From Octopus bimaculoides (Eukaryota): 64,000 bases of DNA. Positions 37,240 through 50,719 of the stretch are shown here, piece by piece. A program made the position numbers and the translations under genes. The DNA lies in contig NC_068990.1 of the NCBI RefSeq assembly GCF_001194135.2, forward strand, positions 4,775,973 to 4,839,972, read 5' to 3'. The number at the start of each line of letters is the position of its first letter. Position 1 is the first letter of the stretch. The notes beneath the pieces are model-generated. The model did not search any database, was not told the origin of the DNA, and was given only the letters and a program-made list of their open reading frames with translations.

Positions 37240-38330
37240 TTTTCTATGCTGACATTGGTTCTCCAGTATAGCATCTTGTCACTTATTGCTCTTCTTCATA
37301 ATCTTTTTTTTACAAGAATTAGGATCTTCAGATCAGCCCCTTCACCATTTCTTTGCATGTCTCCCTCAGTGTTCCTCTTCTGTAGATTTTTTCCACCAAG
37401 CACTTCTTTTTCCAACAGTCATCCTTCATTTGAATCTCATGTCAAGGACACAGCTGATTTCTTTTAAACTGTTTTTCTCACATGTATGTTAATATTATTT
37501 TCAAATTTTGACACAAGACCAGCAATTTCATGAGAGGGTATAAGTCAATTATATCAACCTCAGTGCTCAACTGGCATTTATTTTATCGCCCCTGAAAGGA
37601 TGAAAGACAAAGACAATCTCAGTGAAATTTGAACTCAGCACGTAAAGATGGACGAAATGCCACAAAGTACTTTGCCTAGCATACTAAGGATTCTGCCAAC
37701 TTGCTGTCTTACATGAATGTTCATATTGCATATCCATTGGGGCAAGCTCACTTTATTTCTTTTCAATCCATCCTCTCTGCATTCAGTACCCATGTCCATT
37801 ACATAAGCCAAAGCAATTTGCCTTCTATTTGTAGATAGAATCCCCTTGATTCCAGTGGCGGTAATAGCATCTTGAACGTTTACCATTCTGTTCTTACAAT
37901 AACTACCATGCTTTTACAACAGACAAGGTCACTTAAATAACAAAAGTTGTCAATAACTTTTAGGGAGTCTTCCAAGTTTTTGAAAAAATTCATTTTGCAG
38001 ATGTTCTTCTTTCTAATTACTCCTATAATAAAATCCAGTTTTGTCAGCCTGCCTCTTTTCCCACAACATTTTACGTGCATCCATAGTTTACATTAGATAT
38101 AAAATATACAATTCCTATCTTTGCCTTCTCTTGATATCAAGCACGACTATTTCTCTGATGATAGCAGAGTTCTGTATTCATTCTTGCTATGGTTTTTTTT
38201 TTATTTTTGCAAGATTTAGCTTACCTCTTAGCTCATTTGTATTCTGTTACCTTTTGTCTTTTATATCACAATATAAATTTTATTCAATCAAGCAGTTAGA
38301 TTTCTATTTGATTTCAATGAAGCAGTCTTT
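37240..38330 (-). mobile_element. RTE-clade LINE remnant (RT C-terminal half), interrupted by a SINE
   Basis: LNLAKIK (NLAKTK-like), SLKVIDNFCYLSD (DSFCYLGD-like), RTEW*TFKMLLPPLESRGFYLQIEGKL, TWVLNAERM, ADLKIL near the 3' end. Confidence 0.7.
37508..37710 (-). mobile_element. SINE family A inserted in the RTE remnant
   Basis: gacacaagaccagcaattt...cctgaaaggatgaaagacaaag...tttgaactcag...ttctgccaacttgctg. Confidence 0.9.
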
Positions 38331-39539
38331 TGTATGAGGGATCAGAGATGCAGTTAATGACTAAGTTTACTAAGGGCAATTCAGTTCTTACTAATTCAAA
38401 TATGTAGGCTTGGTACTTATATCATATTATAGTCACGTATATTTTGAATAGTTTATTTTCCAATATGTGAATATAGGATATTTCAATATGAGATGATAGT
38501 CTTCATATACACATACACACACAAACACACAGATAGTGACACATAGAAGAAAGAGAGAGGGGTAGGGAAGAGGGAAAGAAAGGGGGAAAGGAAAAGAAGG
38601 AAATAGAAAGAAAGAGTTTATTGAAGGAATAAGAAAACCAATGAAAGAATGAACAATTATGTGTGTTTTGTGGTAATTAACAAGATTCATTATTATTTGC
38701 ATATATCTATACTAGATAATAGCAACTTAAACTTCAATTCTGTCTCACAGAGAGGAAATAATGTAACCCCTATTAGAATGATGAATCTTGTGTGCATATG
38801 TTTGTGTTAGTGAGGGGGAGAGAGAGAAGGGAGAGAGAGAGAGAGCATGGGAGAAAGAAAGCACGGGAGAAAGAAGAGACAGAGAAGGGGTTAAATGAAA
38901 AGCCTTTTGATTGGCTTGCACTACATGCTCAGTGCCAAAAGGAGACTAATAGGAAATAATTAATTCCCACTTGTGTCAGATCACAGCTCATTGAAGAGCA
39001 TTGCAATTTCCTCTGCATACATCAGCAGTGATAATAGCACTGTGTATATGAAGCAGTATTTACTTAGTACACACATTGTTCAACAGGTATTTAAGGACTT
39101 CACCATCAAAAATAAACAGATTTCTCCAGTGAAGGACCTAACACAACTTGCAATGATTAAATTTAATCTACTAAGAATCAAAAGCAAGAACAAAGTTTAA
39201 CTGCATGTCTCAATCTTTACTTCTACCCTTTCTATTCTATTTATCTAATCAAATACTCATAAGCTAGTGAGGAAGCTTGTACACGGTCATTTGACTTAGA
39301 AGAAATATTCCTTTCAAATCACACCCACTATATTTGTTTTTAAAAAAGAACTCATTGCATATCGTGGTCTGAGATAAACAATATCTGAAATGCTGTAACG
39401 GTCATAGCTTGAATGACTTTATCTGAAGTATGTTTGATCAGAACTGAAAATAATGAAAAATACAAAGCTCACATAAACTTCCATTTAAAGAGATCTCCTA
39501 TCACTCATACTTTTATAGAACACAGCTTTTTTTATATCT

Positions 39540-39936
39540 TTTATTTTTTATTCGGTTCAGTCATTAGACTGTGGCCATACTGGGGCATTACCTTGAAGAA
39601 TTTTTAGTTGAATGAATTGACCCCTGTACTTACTTTTTTTTAAGCCTGGTAGTTATGCAATTGGTTTCTTGCCTAACTACTAAGTTACAGGGACATAAAC
39701 ACTCCAAAACCAATTGTCAAACAGTGGCATTGGAACAAATACAGACACCAAGACACACACAGATATATGTATGTATGGTAGGCTTCTTTCAGTTTCCATC
39801 TACCAAATTCACTCACAAGACTTTGGCTAGCCTGAAGCTATAGAAGACACTTGCCCAAGGTGTCACACAGTAGGACTGAACCCAGACGCATGTGGTTGAG
39901 AAGCAAGCTCCTTACCACACAGCCACACCTGCACCT
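39540..39936 (-). mobile_element. CORE-type SINE family B, near full length
   Basis: tRNA-like head (reverse complement gtggctgtgtggtaag...gggttcagtcc), accttgggcaagtgtc resembling the CORE-domain accttgggcaagt, CA-rich linker and 3' body. Confidence 0.85.
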
Positions 39937-40319
39937 TTCAGTAACTTCCCTTTTAATCACATGAATAAAATCCAGTCCCTTGTAAAAGCATTTAAATCTC
40001 CTTCCAAATTTTGTAAATTAGAATTTGAACTGTTAACCTTAAAAAAGGTGCACAGATGAAAACTAAATAGTTTAAATCAATTGTCTGTATATAGTTTGCA
40101 AATAAAAATGATGACAAAAACAAAATTTATAATCAAATGATCGTAATTCTCACTTCAACTCTGACTATGAAATATACAGAAAATGAAAAAGGGTAAAATG
40201 GTATCCAACAATATGAACCATGTAAGAGTGGAAGAAGAAAAACTATATAGAAAATGAAGGCTGAAGAAAATGACACAGTGGTTGCTGAAAACTTTATATT
40301 TATACCATAGTTTTTTGTG

Positions 40320-40715
40320 AATCATCATCATCATTTAACGTCTGTTGTCCATGCTGGCATGGGTTGGACGGTTTGACTGGGCTGGCATCCTGGAAGGCTG
40401 TGCCAGGCTCCATTCTGATTTGGCATGGTTTTCTATGGCCAGATGCCCTTCCTAACAGCAACCACTCTGAGAGTGTAATGGGTGCTTTTACATTCCACCG
40501 GCATGGGTGCCATTTTGTGACACCGGTATCTGCCATGACTGTAACCTTGCTCAGCTTGATGAATCTTCTTCTCAAGCACAACATAATGCCAAAGGTCTTG
40601 GTCATTGTCTCTGTGAGGCCCAACATCTCAAAAGGGGCTCGGCCACTTTGCCTCCATGAGGCCCAACACTTGAAAGGAACTCAGCTACTTTACCTCTGTG
40701 AGGCCCACTCAAAAG
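40320..40715 (-). mobile_element. RTE-tailed retroposon family C
   Basis: catcatcatcatttaacgtctgttgtccatgctggcatgggttggacgg; three tandem gaggccca-containing units of about 42 bp at the 5' end. Confidence 0.85.
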
Positions 40716-43089
40716 GAATATAATCAATAATCATAGGGAATAGATATAGTTTTGTACTGCTGTCCTTCAAGCTAGGTGTTATGAGATTTTTACATCAGGT
40801 AAAGCCTTTGGTTCAATGATTTTAGATGACTCAAGCATTGAAAATAATTGTCCAAATATTTGGAACTAGAGAATGTATCAGAAATACCATTTCAACTAAT
40901 AATGTTTTGGTTATATAGAAAAACACACACACACAAAGGAAGTAAAAAGCTTGCATTAAAGTGACCAATGTGAAACCTCTCTGTACAAAAACTATTATGT
41001 ATTGTATTGAGGTGATAACCATAGCATAAATGTTAAATTTCTGACAATCTAAGCCTACAAACTGCTTGAGTTTTAGTTACAAGCCATTTCACTTATTCTG
41101 GAAGTTATATAAAAGTACGTTACAAGTTTCATTTCACACCTCTGAAACCAATAGGGCTAATTACTTGTTGATAGATAGCTCTGATCAGAAGAGATCAAGT
41201 GATTGACTATTCATTATACAAGTTTTTGAAGGATAATGAGTCATAGGCAATCACATCTAATTAAAAGTGAAGATTAATCAGTAAATATATTGTAATAATG
41301 AACCATCAGAATTTCAATATCGTGTCTTCACTGAATTATTCCCTAGTAGCGTTTATCTTGTAACTACAGATATTGGTGGATAGTAGTAAAAATCAACATG
41401 ACAATTGATGAAGTGATCTCTATGCTCATGTTCATTTTAGTTTGGGTTTGTTTCCAGTGTTAAATGTTCTCATTTGGTACTTATTTTCTTCCACTCTGAC
41501 CTGTAATCATGCAAATTTTGAAACAAATTAGCTCTGCTTGCAACATGGTTTTTTTTATCTCGCTGTCTGTTCCCTTTCTCTCTGATTCTCTACTTTGTCT
41601 CAATCCTTCTCAGGATGCAATACTGATCCACTTCCTCTCACATTTATCTTCATTCCCTTTTAATCTGTCTCTGCAGCAAGTTTTATTACTCTCCTTCTCT
41701 TTCCATTGTTTTTACATTCAGGGACTATTCCTTTTTTTCCCCAGAGCAAGTTCTATAAACAATTGTGCCTTATTTAATTTAATTCCAAAGACTTCAATGA
41801 TACCCTGTTTATGCAGTGCTCACAATATCCTGTGTTTTGTTTGCCTCAGTTGAAACACCTAGTAATACTTTTTATATCCATTTTTGTTGTCCCAAATTTG
41901 CTGAATATTTTCCCAGTAGTATATCCGGTAGTTACTGGAACAACAGGATAGTAATAATGCTGTCTTTAGGTGCTAAAGTTTTCATTACCCACATGTGACA
42001 GATGATGAAGGGAATTCTATGCTGGTGCTCATTTTATTTTTGTTTATTTCCTGTGCTTCATATGTTCTCATTGTCCATGGTACCCATTGATCTTGTGTGT
42101 AATATGTGTATTGTATCATAGAAATGTTGCATAAATCAGATGATAGGCTACACTTCTAGGGTACCGAGGGCTTTGTTGTCTGTTTTGTTTAATAAGGTAT
42201 ATTGTAATTGTCTCTTAGTAACAACATAAGCATCAAAACATGACAGGATGCAATGGTCACAAATTCAAGAATTCAAATGAATCTTTTCTGAAGTTTATAT
42301 GAAACATAACCATACCAAACAGTTTTGGTTTTATGCAGTGTGTCCTTTTCCTTCAGGCTTTTGTAGAGATATACTTGTCCAGCATTTGTGGGATCACAGG
42401 GAACATGTGTACTCCTTCAGGACTTCTCTCCTGATCCATAAGATGTTCTTCTCAATTTTGAACACTAGGGAAGATGCTGTTTGACTGATATTATGTTAAA
42501 TTGAAAGGCTGTCTTGACTGATCTGAAGTATCTTCTTCTGTATTTTCTTCTCAGATACTGAGTGCTTTTCATGCTTTCACTTTATCATTGTAGTAAACAT
42601 TAAAAATGTATAAAATGTGTAATACGGACAGCTACCTTACACAAACATAATTCTATAGATTTAAATCATAACTTTTGTTATCAGTATCACCTCCTTTCCC
42701 CAAACAGTATTTTCAAGTTATTATTTCCATTTATGTACATAAATATATAACTGTATGTTGTTGTTTAGCTGCAGATCAACCTTGATCAAGCAAGCAGATC
42801 CATAATGAAAGGCATGTCAGTTTTGATCCCTAAGCCTTATTAGAAATATGTTGGACTACATAATTTGATGCATCTTCTCCTTATTTAAGACCATAGTAGG
42901 TGATTTGAGGAAGATTTAGTTATTTTTAGCTGGTCAAAAATTATGAAGAGACACCCTCATACTTCATAAGTAACATGAACAGAACATTTATGCTATGATT
43001 TTGTATGCTTCTGCAGAAAAACCCTTTCAACTATTTACCCTGAGGCCATACATGTATGCATCAACAAGAATAACTGAGAATTCATTTGC

Positions 43090-43328
43090 TGCAGTAGTTC
43101 ACAATTGGGGTCCATATAAGAATTTTTGTTGTAAAAAATTATCTACAATAAATTTGTTATACATCTACAATACACGAAATATTCTAACAATTTTTTGCGT
43201 ACAGTTCCTAATATTTAATCCTAAAAATATAAAAATGTTTTTTTAAAACATCAAATGGCTAGGAGGGTCCATCCGAGTAAAGTAGGAGTCAAAGGGGTCC
43301 ATAGGTACAGAATGGTTGAGAAACGTTG
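43090..43328. mobile_element. Possible degenerate hAT/Charlie-type MITE
   Basis: Left end cagtagttcacaa and right end aatggttgagaaacgttg resemble CAGTGGTTCTCAA-type TIRs; repeated ggggtccata motif inside. Confidence 0.4.
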
Positions 43329-44299
43329 ATTTACTGGGTCAATTCAGAAATCCATAATGATCTGTTCAAGTTTGAGCCATCTTAGTATGCAGCATCTATT
43401 CAGAAATGAACAAACCACAACCCAAATAAGAAAGAACATTGAACTCACTTTTATTTCATTAGTCAATAGATTATGAAAACTGAAATTGATAGAGAGCTGG
43501 CTAAAATAAGGCACAAAAGTCTTTATGCTTTCCCATATATCCAAAAGGTTTATATGTTTAAAAATGTATCACAGATATGTAAAAGAGTTTTGAAATATTT
43601 CAACGATTAAAAAAAAAAAGACATCATTTCATGCAAGTGAATTCAGTTAAAGATAAATAATGATGTGAAATCACAGAAACAACAGAACATTTAAGAAAAT
43701 TGTTATATCAGATATAAGAAGTATTGTTGTAAGAGATATTTAAAATACAAGGTTAGTTCTTAATTTGTGTAATATAAGAACATGACATCTCAAAGATTTT
43801 AGTAGAGCCATTCACAAGAGAATGAATTATTCTAATATATCTCCTTTTTGCTTGCATTCCAGTGATTCTTGTTGATGCAGGTTATACTTAGTCTATTTCA
43901 ATTTTAGTGATTACATTTATATTATATTTGTCAGAGTAGCATTGAATAATAGTTATATCATAATATCAACCAAGAAATTATTGTACAAAATAAGTTTTAA
44001 GAGAGTTGGGAAGCTTAATGATACTTCTTCAAGGATGAAGTAGATTCTATTTAGCATTGGCAAAACCACTAGCACATAGGAATATGATAAAAGAAAGTAG
44101 AAACTTAGTAATGAGTCTGACTGTTATAAAAGATCACCAACTACAAGCAAGTTACCAGCAGCAAGAGCCAAAGTTAAGCAGTGGTAAAATATAAGATTAT
44201 AAGGAATAAGAAATAGGCCTGTAAAAACTTGAAGAAAAAGTTTCAAGACAGAAATGTGTATTTAACCAGGAAAGAAATAGACAGTTGAAGTATTGGTAG

Positions 44300-45910
44300 T
44301 GTTCTAGGCTGCACAGAATAAAGAAAACCTTAAGTCATCATGACAGTGATACAGGTGGACATTATTTTTTACTGACAATACAAATATGTATCACTTTGAC
44401 AGGCAGCTGAAGACTGAGAACTGGAGATGAACTGAAGACAGGAATAAACTACAAAGTATTTATTGTCTATGGATGGTCTATAATTTTTGCATGACATGTG
44501 TGCAATAACAAGGGAGCTCTTCTAAATCTTTTCTTCCATTCTCCAAATATATAACTGTGCTATTTGGTATAAATATGTGCAGAGCATTAGTGATAAAAAA
44601 TAAACATAATTGACGAACAAGGAAATGGACTTTTGTGGGAAAATCAATATAAATACCTTGGGGTACGTGGAAATTAATACATTGATGAAGGAAAAGGCAA
44701 AAGCTGAGGTTGTAGATAAATATTTCAGACGACCTAGATTGGCTTCAAGCAAAAGAAAGTCATAGCAAGCAACATATTTGCTGTTGCATCACTGGGGCAT
44801 AGAGAAGAAATACATAGTAGTATAGAGAGAGGAAAGAAGAGATGTCAGTTGAGTTAAGATAGCAACCAGTAGCGAGATATGATCAGATAAGGAATGGACT
44901 TAAAGCCGAAAAAGAGAATTTGGGGTTAAGATTGAAACATTTCAGAATATCCAAATATTAAAACAAATTACAAATTATTAGTGTGTTACCTCTCCTAAAA
45001 CATATAGAAGAGGTAACATATTAAAAGAAATTGAAAGAATGAATAGAGAAACATTACATGGACATAAAAATTAATGGTTAATAACAAAACTCATGGCAGA
45101 AGAAGCATTCAAGAAATAATCATGGAAACAACCTTCAACCAAAGACTGAAACTATGAATAATCATCACAGGAGGAAACACAAACTATGTTAAATTCCACA
45201 AACAATTGTCCTATAGATTTATGTTATATAGTGGTAAATATCAATGTAATGAAGTGGTCATTAAGAAGTGTTAGAATTAATAATTAGGACGCTAATTGAG
45301 ATTAAGAACACCTCAAAACAAGTTAGAACTGATGTGATTTTATACTATAATCTGGAATTGACAAAATATCCAGAAAAAAAAAAATGGTTGTAAATTCTTT
45401 TTTTTTTTTTGTTTTTTTCAGGATATTTTGTCATTCTAGATGATATTATAAAAATAAGTTAATGATGGATACTATCCATCATGAACAATAAAGCAGGAAA
45501 ACAGCAAGCTGTGAAAATAAATAAATGATGATTACTGGATTTTTATGAGATATCTCCATAGAGATTGATCATTCCACTGAAGGAAAACCAAATATGAATG
45601 GAGGATAGAAAAAAAAAGAAATAATGTAAGATAACAGATTTCAAAATACCATATGATTGTTGGGTGGATGTGAAGGAAACTGAGGAAATTGAGAAACAAC
45701 TGGATCTAATTTAGCCAAAGAGATGAAGAGATTCCAGAACACAAGTGTGAAAATTGTTCCTGTGATAATTGGTGCTCTTGGAACGACACCCAAACTGCTA
45801 CCTGTAGGAAGCTGAAGGATATTGGAATTGAGACACATACCGTTGACTTGCATAAACGGGGCTAGCCTTACTTTGCAAGTATCCTAACAAAGATTCTTGA
45901 GATTTGAAGT
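44300..45910 (+). mobile_element. Decayed R4/Dong-like LINE (RT end to RLE end)
   Basis: LSMDGL (FMDDL-like), YKYLGV, AKEMKRFQNTSVKIVPVIIGALGTTPK. Confidence 0.7.
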
Positions 45911-46009
45911 GGCTTGTAACTAAATCAGAAGATAACATCTCTAATTATAACGATGATGACGCTGCCACCACCGACAACAGCGAAGACGATAACACTGATT
46001 TCAGATTGT

Positions 46010-46202
46010 GACACAAGGCCAGCAAGTTCAGGGGAGGGGATGAGTCAATTACATCGACCCCAGTACTCAACTGGTACTTATTTTATCGACCTGAAAGGAT
46101 GAAAGGCAAAGTCGACCTCAGCAACGTAAGCAATGTAAAGACAGACAAAATGTTGCAAAGCATTTTGCCCAGCATGGTAATGATTCAGCCAGCTCACCAC
46201 CT
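46010..46202 (-). mobile_element. SINE family A with internal deletion
   Basis: gacacaaggccagc...atcgaccccagtactcaactggtacttattttatcgacctgaaaggatgaaaggcaaagtcgacc. Confidence 0.9.
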
Positions 46203-47229
46203 AAATAATAATAATGGTAATAAGAATGATGATGATGATGATGATGATGATGACGGTGAAGACAGAGACGTTGCTAGCTCTCTCTGTCTCACTTCAGAAT
46301 AGTACTAAGTATTTAAACATTCATATATCTTTTTCCTCTTTTTTGGTCCTTTGGTCACAGTTTCTACTAATGGAATTATATGCAGGAATTTAAAGGCAAG
46401 ATAAAATCATTTGTTCACTTCTTTTACATGTATAATAACTGTATAAATACGTTTTTTAACTTGTTTCCTTTTTTCCAACAAATTTCAAATGGTAGTTTAA
46501 ATTTCTATTGCGTTTCACCTATATCTGCACCCACCCAATCCCATTCCTGCCACCTATACCAGAAATCTTGATAATGATTGTGACAAAATACTGATAGTTA
46601 TAGTAATGGTGAAATTGGTTGTGATAGTGATAGTAAGCATGGTAGTGTAAGTAAAAATAAGAATAGTGATTTCTAATAATAATGACAGTGGTAGTAGTTG
46701 TGGCAAGGATAGTAATAATAATTATTACCACAAGAGTAATAAGAATATTGATAAAGAATATTAAGGTAAATATGTTAGAATAAGCAGTGATGGTGGGATA
46801 TGGTGATTGGGGGACCTCAGTTGTATAGTTTGTACTTGTCTTATTGCATTGGTTGGGAGAGAAGGTCTAGCAAGCTCCTGGTGTTGGTGAATGTATGCTG
46901 TAATTAAGTTTAAAATAAACATACTAATGGTTGGGTCGTCAGCAACTAAACTGGCAAACTTACTAATCACACTTGATGAGGTTGATGAGGAGGGTGGTAG
47001 TTGGACAACCTTTGGGAAAAGAAACAAGACCTGTCAAAGGGCAGATAAACTCATCGGAGTCAACAGCCATCTAACAGTGTATATGAGGGTAGGTGTGAAC
47101 ACTCTGAGCCTTGGTTGGCAACCCATCTAGAGACGGTAATTGCACAATGCACAACCTTATAAATGCTACTTCAAAATGAGTGATATCAAATTATCTTGGG
47201 ATACATGTGTCCCATTAGGAGCGAAGGGG

Positions 47230-48789
47230 TTAATGAGACCGGAACTGTTAACAGGGAAGGTATCGTACACAACAGGCAAGGAGCATCTGATCAAGCTCTG
47301 GTGCTTATCATCAAGCCATTGATCAGGACCAGAATTGAAGTCAAAAAGTGCAGAGAGAAGAAAATGAAATAAGAAAAAGATGTAAACAAGATTGCGATTG
47401 AATGTTTGCTGAGAAGTGAGCCAAATAAAGAAGGTTTCATGAAATGAATGAAGAGAATACGGGATGGAAAGGTAGTCTTTCTAGCTTCCACCCAATGATT
47501 GAGAGATCAGGTAAAGGGAATTTGTATAAATGATTGCATGACAGGATTAGAGGTTGAAGAAATGTAGAGAAGAATAAAATGAACACAAAGAGTGTGAAAC
47601 AACAGTGTCAGAAAGTGGCAATGAAGGGGTAAGAGATGAAGAGAAAGAAAAAGAAGGAAATCACTATATTGATGAGAATGCTGATGAAGTAAATAGTGAA
47701 GATGATTTAGCTGGGCAAGTGACAGTAAATGTTGCAGAAGACTTGAACGAAGAAGAGAAGGAGATTCCAAAAATGCTGTGAGATAAAATACGTGCTGGGA
47801 AAAATGAAGTGCCACAAAATGTAAGGTGTATGGACAGAGGAAAAGTAAAGAAAGCTACAGGCAAAGTAAATGGTGTTTTGAGCTTGATCAAAACAAAAAA
47901 AAAACATTGGTGAAACAAAGCAGTTAATAATAGCTACTGGTAATGTTGTAGCTGACATGATAAGATATAAGTCAAAGACAGCTGAAAAAAAAAACAAAGG
48001 GAAAGAAAAGAAAGAACAAAACTGGAGGAAAACAATATGAATGAAGCTGGAAAAGACATGGAAAGAACTGGGGAAATTGAATTGGATAATGAAAGAACTC
48101 AAGGATGAGATAGAAAATTGAATGGACTGTACAGGTTACAAGAAAGGGGAAAACAAACTGTACATGAAGAAGGTCACAAAGAGTGACAATGTTAAAAGGC
48201 CAAATCAAAATGATATGATGCTAGGTGCAAAAGTTTTGAGCAAAATAGATTGTTTCAATCAAACAGTGGGTATCTTTTTTGAAGAAATAGAGGGGGAACA
48301 ACATCAGAAACAGATTCCAGATGTGTAAAAAGCAATGCATTTTGAGGAGAACTTTGGAACAGGCCAGTAATACAAAAAGAAATTACAGAGCGGCTAACAG
48401 AAGTGGAGAGGCATCTTGCAACTGTACCAAGACAAAAAGATGTCAGAACTGATCTGTATTCAGTGAGACTGAAGTTAAAAAATAAATTGGAAGGGACCTA
48501 GCTCAGATGGAGCACAACATTATTGGCTGAAGAATTTTACATAGCTGCATGGAAGGATCACTTCACACCTGGATGAATGCCTGCAGTAGGGTCATGACTC
48601 TACCTGGATGACAAGAGGATGAACATTAGTCATGTCTCAAGAAGTACTTGAAAGGTAAATTGGTATCAAATATTCAACCTATAACCTGTTTACCATTTAT
48701 ATAGCAGCTTACGACTGGTATCTTGGTGGAAAAGTTATATAATCATGTAGAAAGTAACAATCTGTATCCAGCAGAACAGAAAGGATGTT
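47230..48789 (+). mobile_element. R4/Dong-like LINE 5' half (N-terminus to start of RT); resumes at 50461-50590 after the Gypsy insertion
   Basis: STQ*LRDQVKGI...GLEVEEM, NWKGPSSDGAQHYWLKNF, SNIQPITCLP...LYNHVESNNLYPAEQKGC; after 50461 VIKVINARVVLVIRYGFGIADW...KKTRKLLTMYG. Confidence 0.85.
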
Positions 48790-48973
48790 TTCCATTCTTA
48801 TATGTCCTAACAAATACATTTTCAGCAATTTTATAAAATTTTGCCCTATAATCCACCACAAATTTTCTTTTCTTACCAGGTAGTAATTTGTCGAAGACTT
48901 ATTTTATTTTCCTCACAGACATCAGCTTCACTGGTGACATACCTACTGGTGTATTCGGATTTGGAATCATGCA

Positions 48974-49618
48974 CTATACTCTTAAGAATTGTTCTAGAGC
49001 TACCTCAACCATGATTTCCTTATTTGACTTTCTTAGGGCTCTCTTAAACATATCGACAAAGCATTCTGTTTGTCCATTAGATCTGGGATGGTATAGTGCC
49101 ATAGTTACATGTTCTGCAGTGAACATCTTATGAAACTTTTTAAACTCGTAAGACACAAATTGCATTCCATTGTCTGACACTGTTATGTCTGGGATGCCAA
49201 ATCTCACAAACAGCTCATGTAGAAAATTTGTCACAGTTGAGGAGGTTGGTTTTTTAGACAAGCAAATTTCTGGCCACTTAAAGAAACTATCAACTACCAT
49301 TAAGTAGTATGAACCATTTAAGGGACCAGTGAAATTGATGTGTAATCTCAACCATGGCACATCTACTTTGTATCATCAGTAATTTTGCCACTAGCGTACA
49401 TCCCTGCAGCCTTTCACTAAATTTTCAATTTTGCTATCCAATTTTGGCCAGCACATGTAGCTATGCATTAAAACTTTCATCCTCAAAATACCAGGATGTC
49501 CAACATGAAATTCCCTCAACATTTTCTTTTGCAATGTTTCAGGTATCACTACTCTCTGTGCATACATCAGTATGCCATCAGAAATTGAGTATAGGTTCAT
49601 GTCTTGGTTTTGTTTCAC
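48974..49618 (-). pseudogene. Gypsy integrase (zinc-binding plus catalytic core), disrupted
   Basis: ORFs 49391-49618 and 48974-49360 carry rve-type motifs; split by a break, with core substitutions. Confidence 0.9.
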
Positions 49619-50278
49619 ACAAATCCTGTTCCTATTTACTTTTCCTGTCTATAGTATTCTTTTCATTTCTATTATGAATTTGTCCTTTTACACATTTCGT
49701 TTTATGTCTTCAAGGGTCAGTGGTAATTCATGTACCACATTCAACATTACATTTTTTATTTCTCCTTCTGATCTTAAAGCTGTGATTATTATATCATCAA
49801 ATGGCTCGCAGAGTTTTGGTTTTAGTCTGGACAACCCATCCGCATGGCCTAGTTTTTTTGATGGTAAATATTCCATTTTGTAATCATAATTCAACTGTAG
49901 TGTATTCACTGTGTGTGTTGGTATTCCTTTTTTAAAACTGTTATTGAGTTTGCGACATAATCTGGTGAGAACATTCTTTCAGCATTTTTTGACAAATTAC
50001 TATTCATTAATTGTAGCATTTGTTGCTATAATAGTAGTAGTAGTTGTTTTTTCAGTTGTTGTTGTTGCTGTTTTTACAACTCAAGCAAACCAGCCAATAA
50101 TTCTTCCATGGTTTTACGATTTTGTATACTGTAAAATTTGCACAAAAAACTTTTGTGAGTTTTGTAACTCTTAGTGAATTTGTTTAATCCTTGTGAGTTT
50201 GTTAATTCCTTGTGGGTTTCTTAATTCCTTGTGAGTTTGCTAATTTCTTATTGCTACTGTTGTAATCCTCTGCCAGAC

Positions 50279-50460
50279 TGTTATGGCACCCACTCCAGTA
50301 TAGCAGTATAGTTAGTTAGATAAGTAAGAACACGACTATCTATCAATCGACTACTCGACTGACACCCTCAACTTCCTGTGTCACAGTATTTATAATGACT
50401 AGCACATACTGCTCGTCACATGGTAGGGGGTGTCCCATTATTACTATTATCCCCATAACA
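50279..50460 (-). repeat. 182-bp LTR with perfect 8-bp terminal inverted repeats
   Basis: Ends TGTTATGG...CCATAACA; adjacent TGGCAGAGGAT on the minus strand shares GCAGAGGAT with the complement of the tRNA-iMet 3' end (possible PBS, inference). Confidence 0.8.
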
Positions 50461-50719
50461 GTTATCAAAGTAATAAATGCAAGAGTAGTACTGGTAATCA
50501 GATATGGATTTGGAATTGCAGACTGGACCAGATGTGACAGACTTGAGAAAAAAACTAGAAAGCTGTTGACAATGTATGGAGCCTCTCATTAGATAAAGTG
50601 ATAACAAATCTGCCAAACTTTTAGAGCATTTAGTATAAAAACAATAAAACAAAGTACCACTGTAGTTGTAGCAGAAGTAATAATCTAAGAGGTTAGTCAC
50701 ATTAGGTCAACCCAGAACA

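Larger units (their letters stand above)
48790..50460 (-). mobile_element. Gypsy LTR retrotransposon remnant: 5' LTR, gag start, internal deletion, RNase H end, integrase; 3' end missing
   Basis: LNYDYKMEYLPSKKLGHADGLSRL, FHVGHPG...W...VKGC (HHCC-like), VVDSFFKWPE, VSDNGMQF, YHPRSNGQTE; gag ATG at 50109 (MEELLAGL...FSPDYVANSIT). Confidence 0.92.

Noticed and set aside
41500-42560. Possible decayed LINE on the minus strand
   Set aside because: Motifs too degenerate to assign a clade by eye
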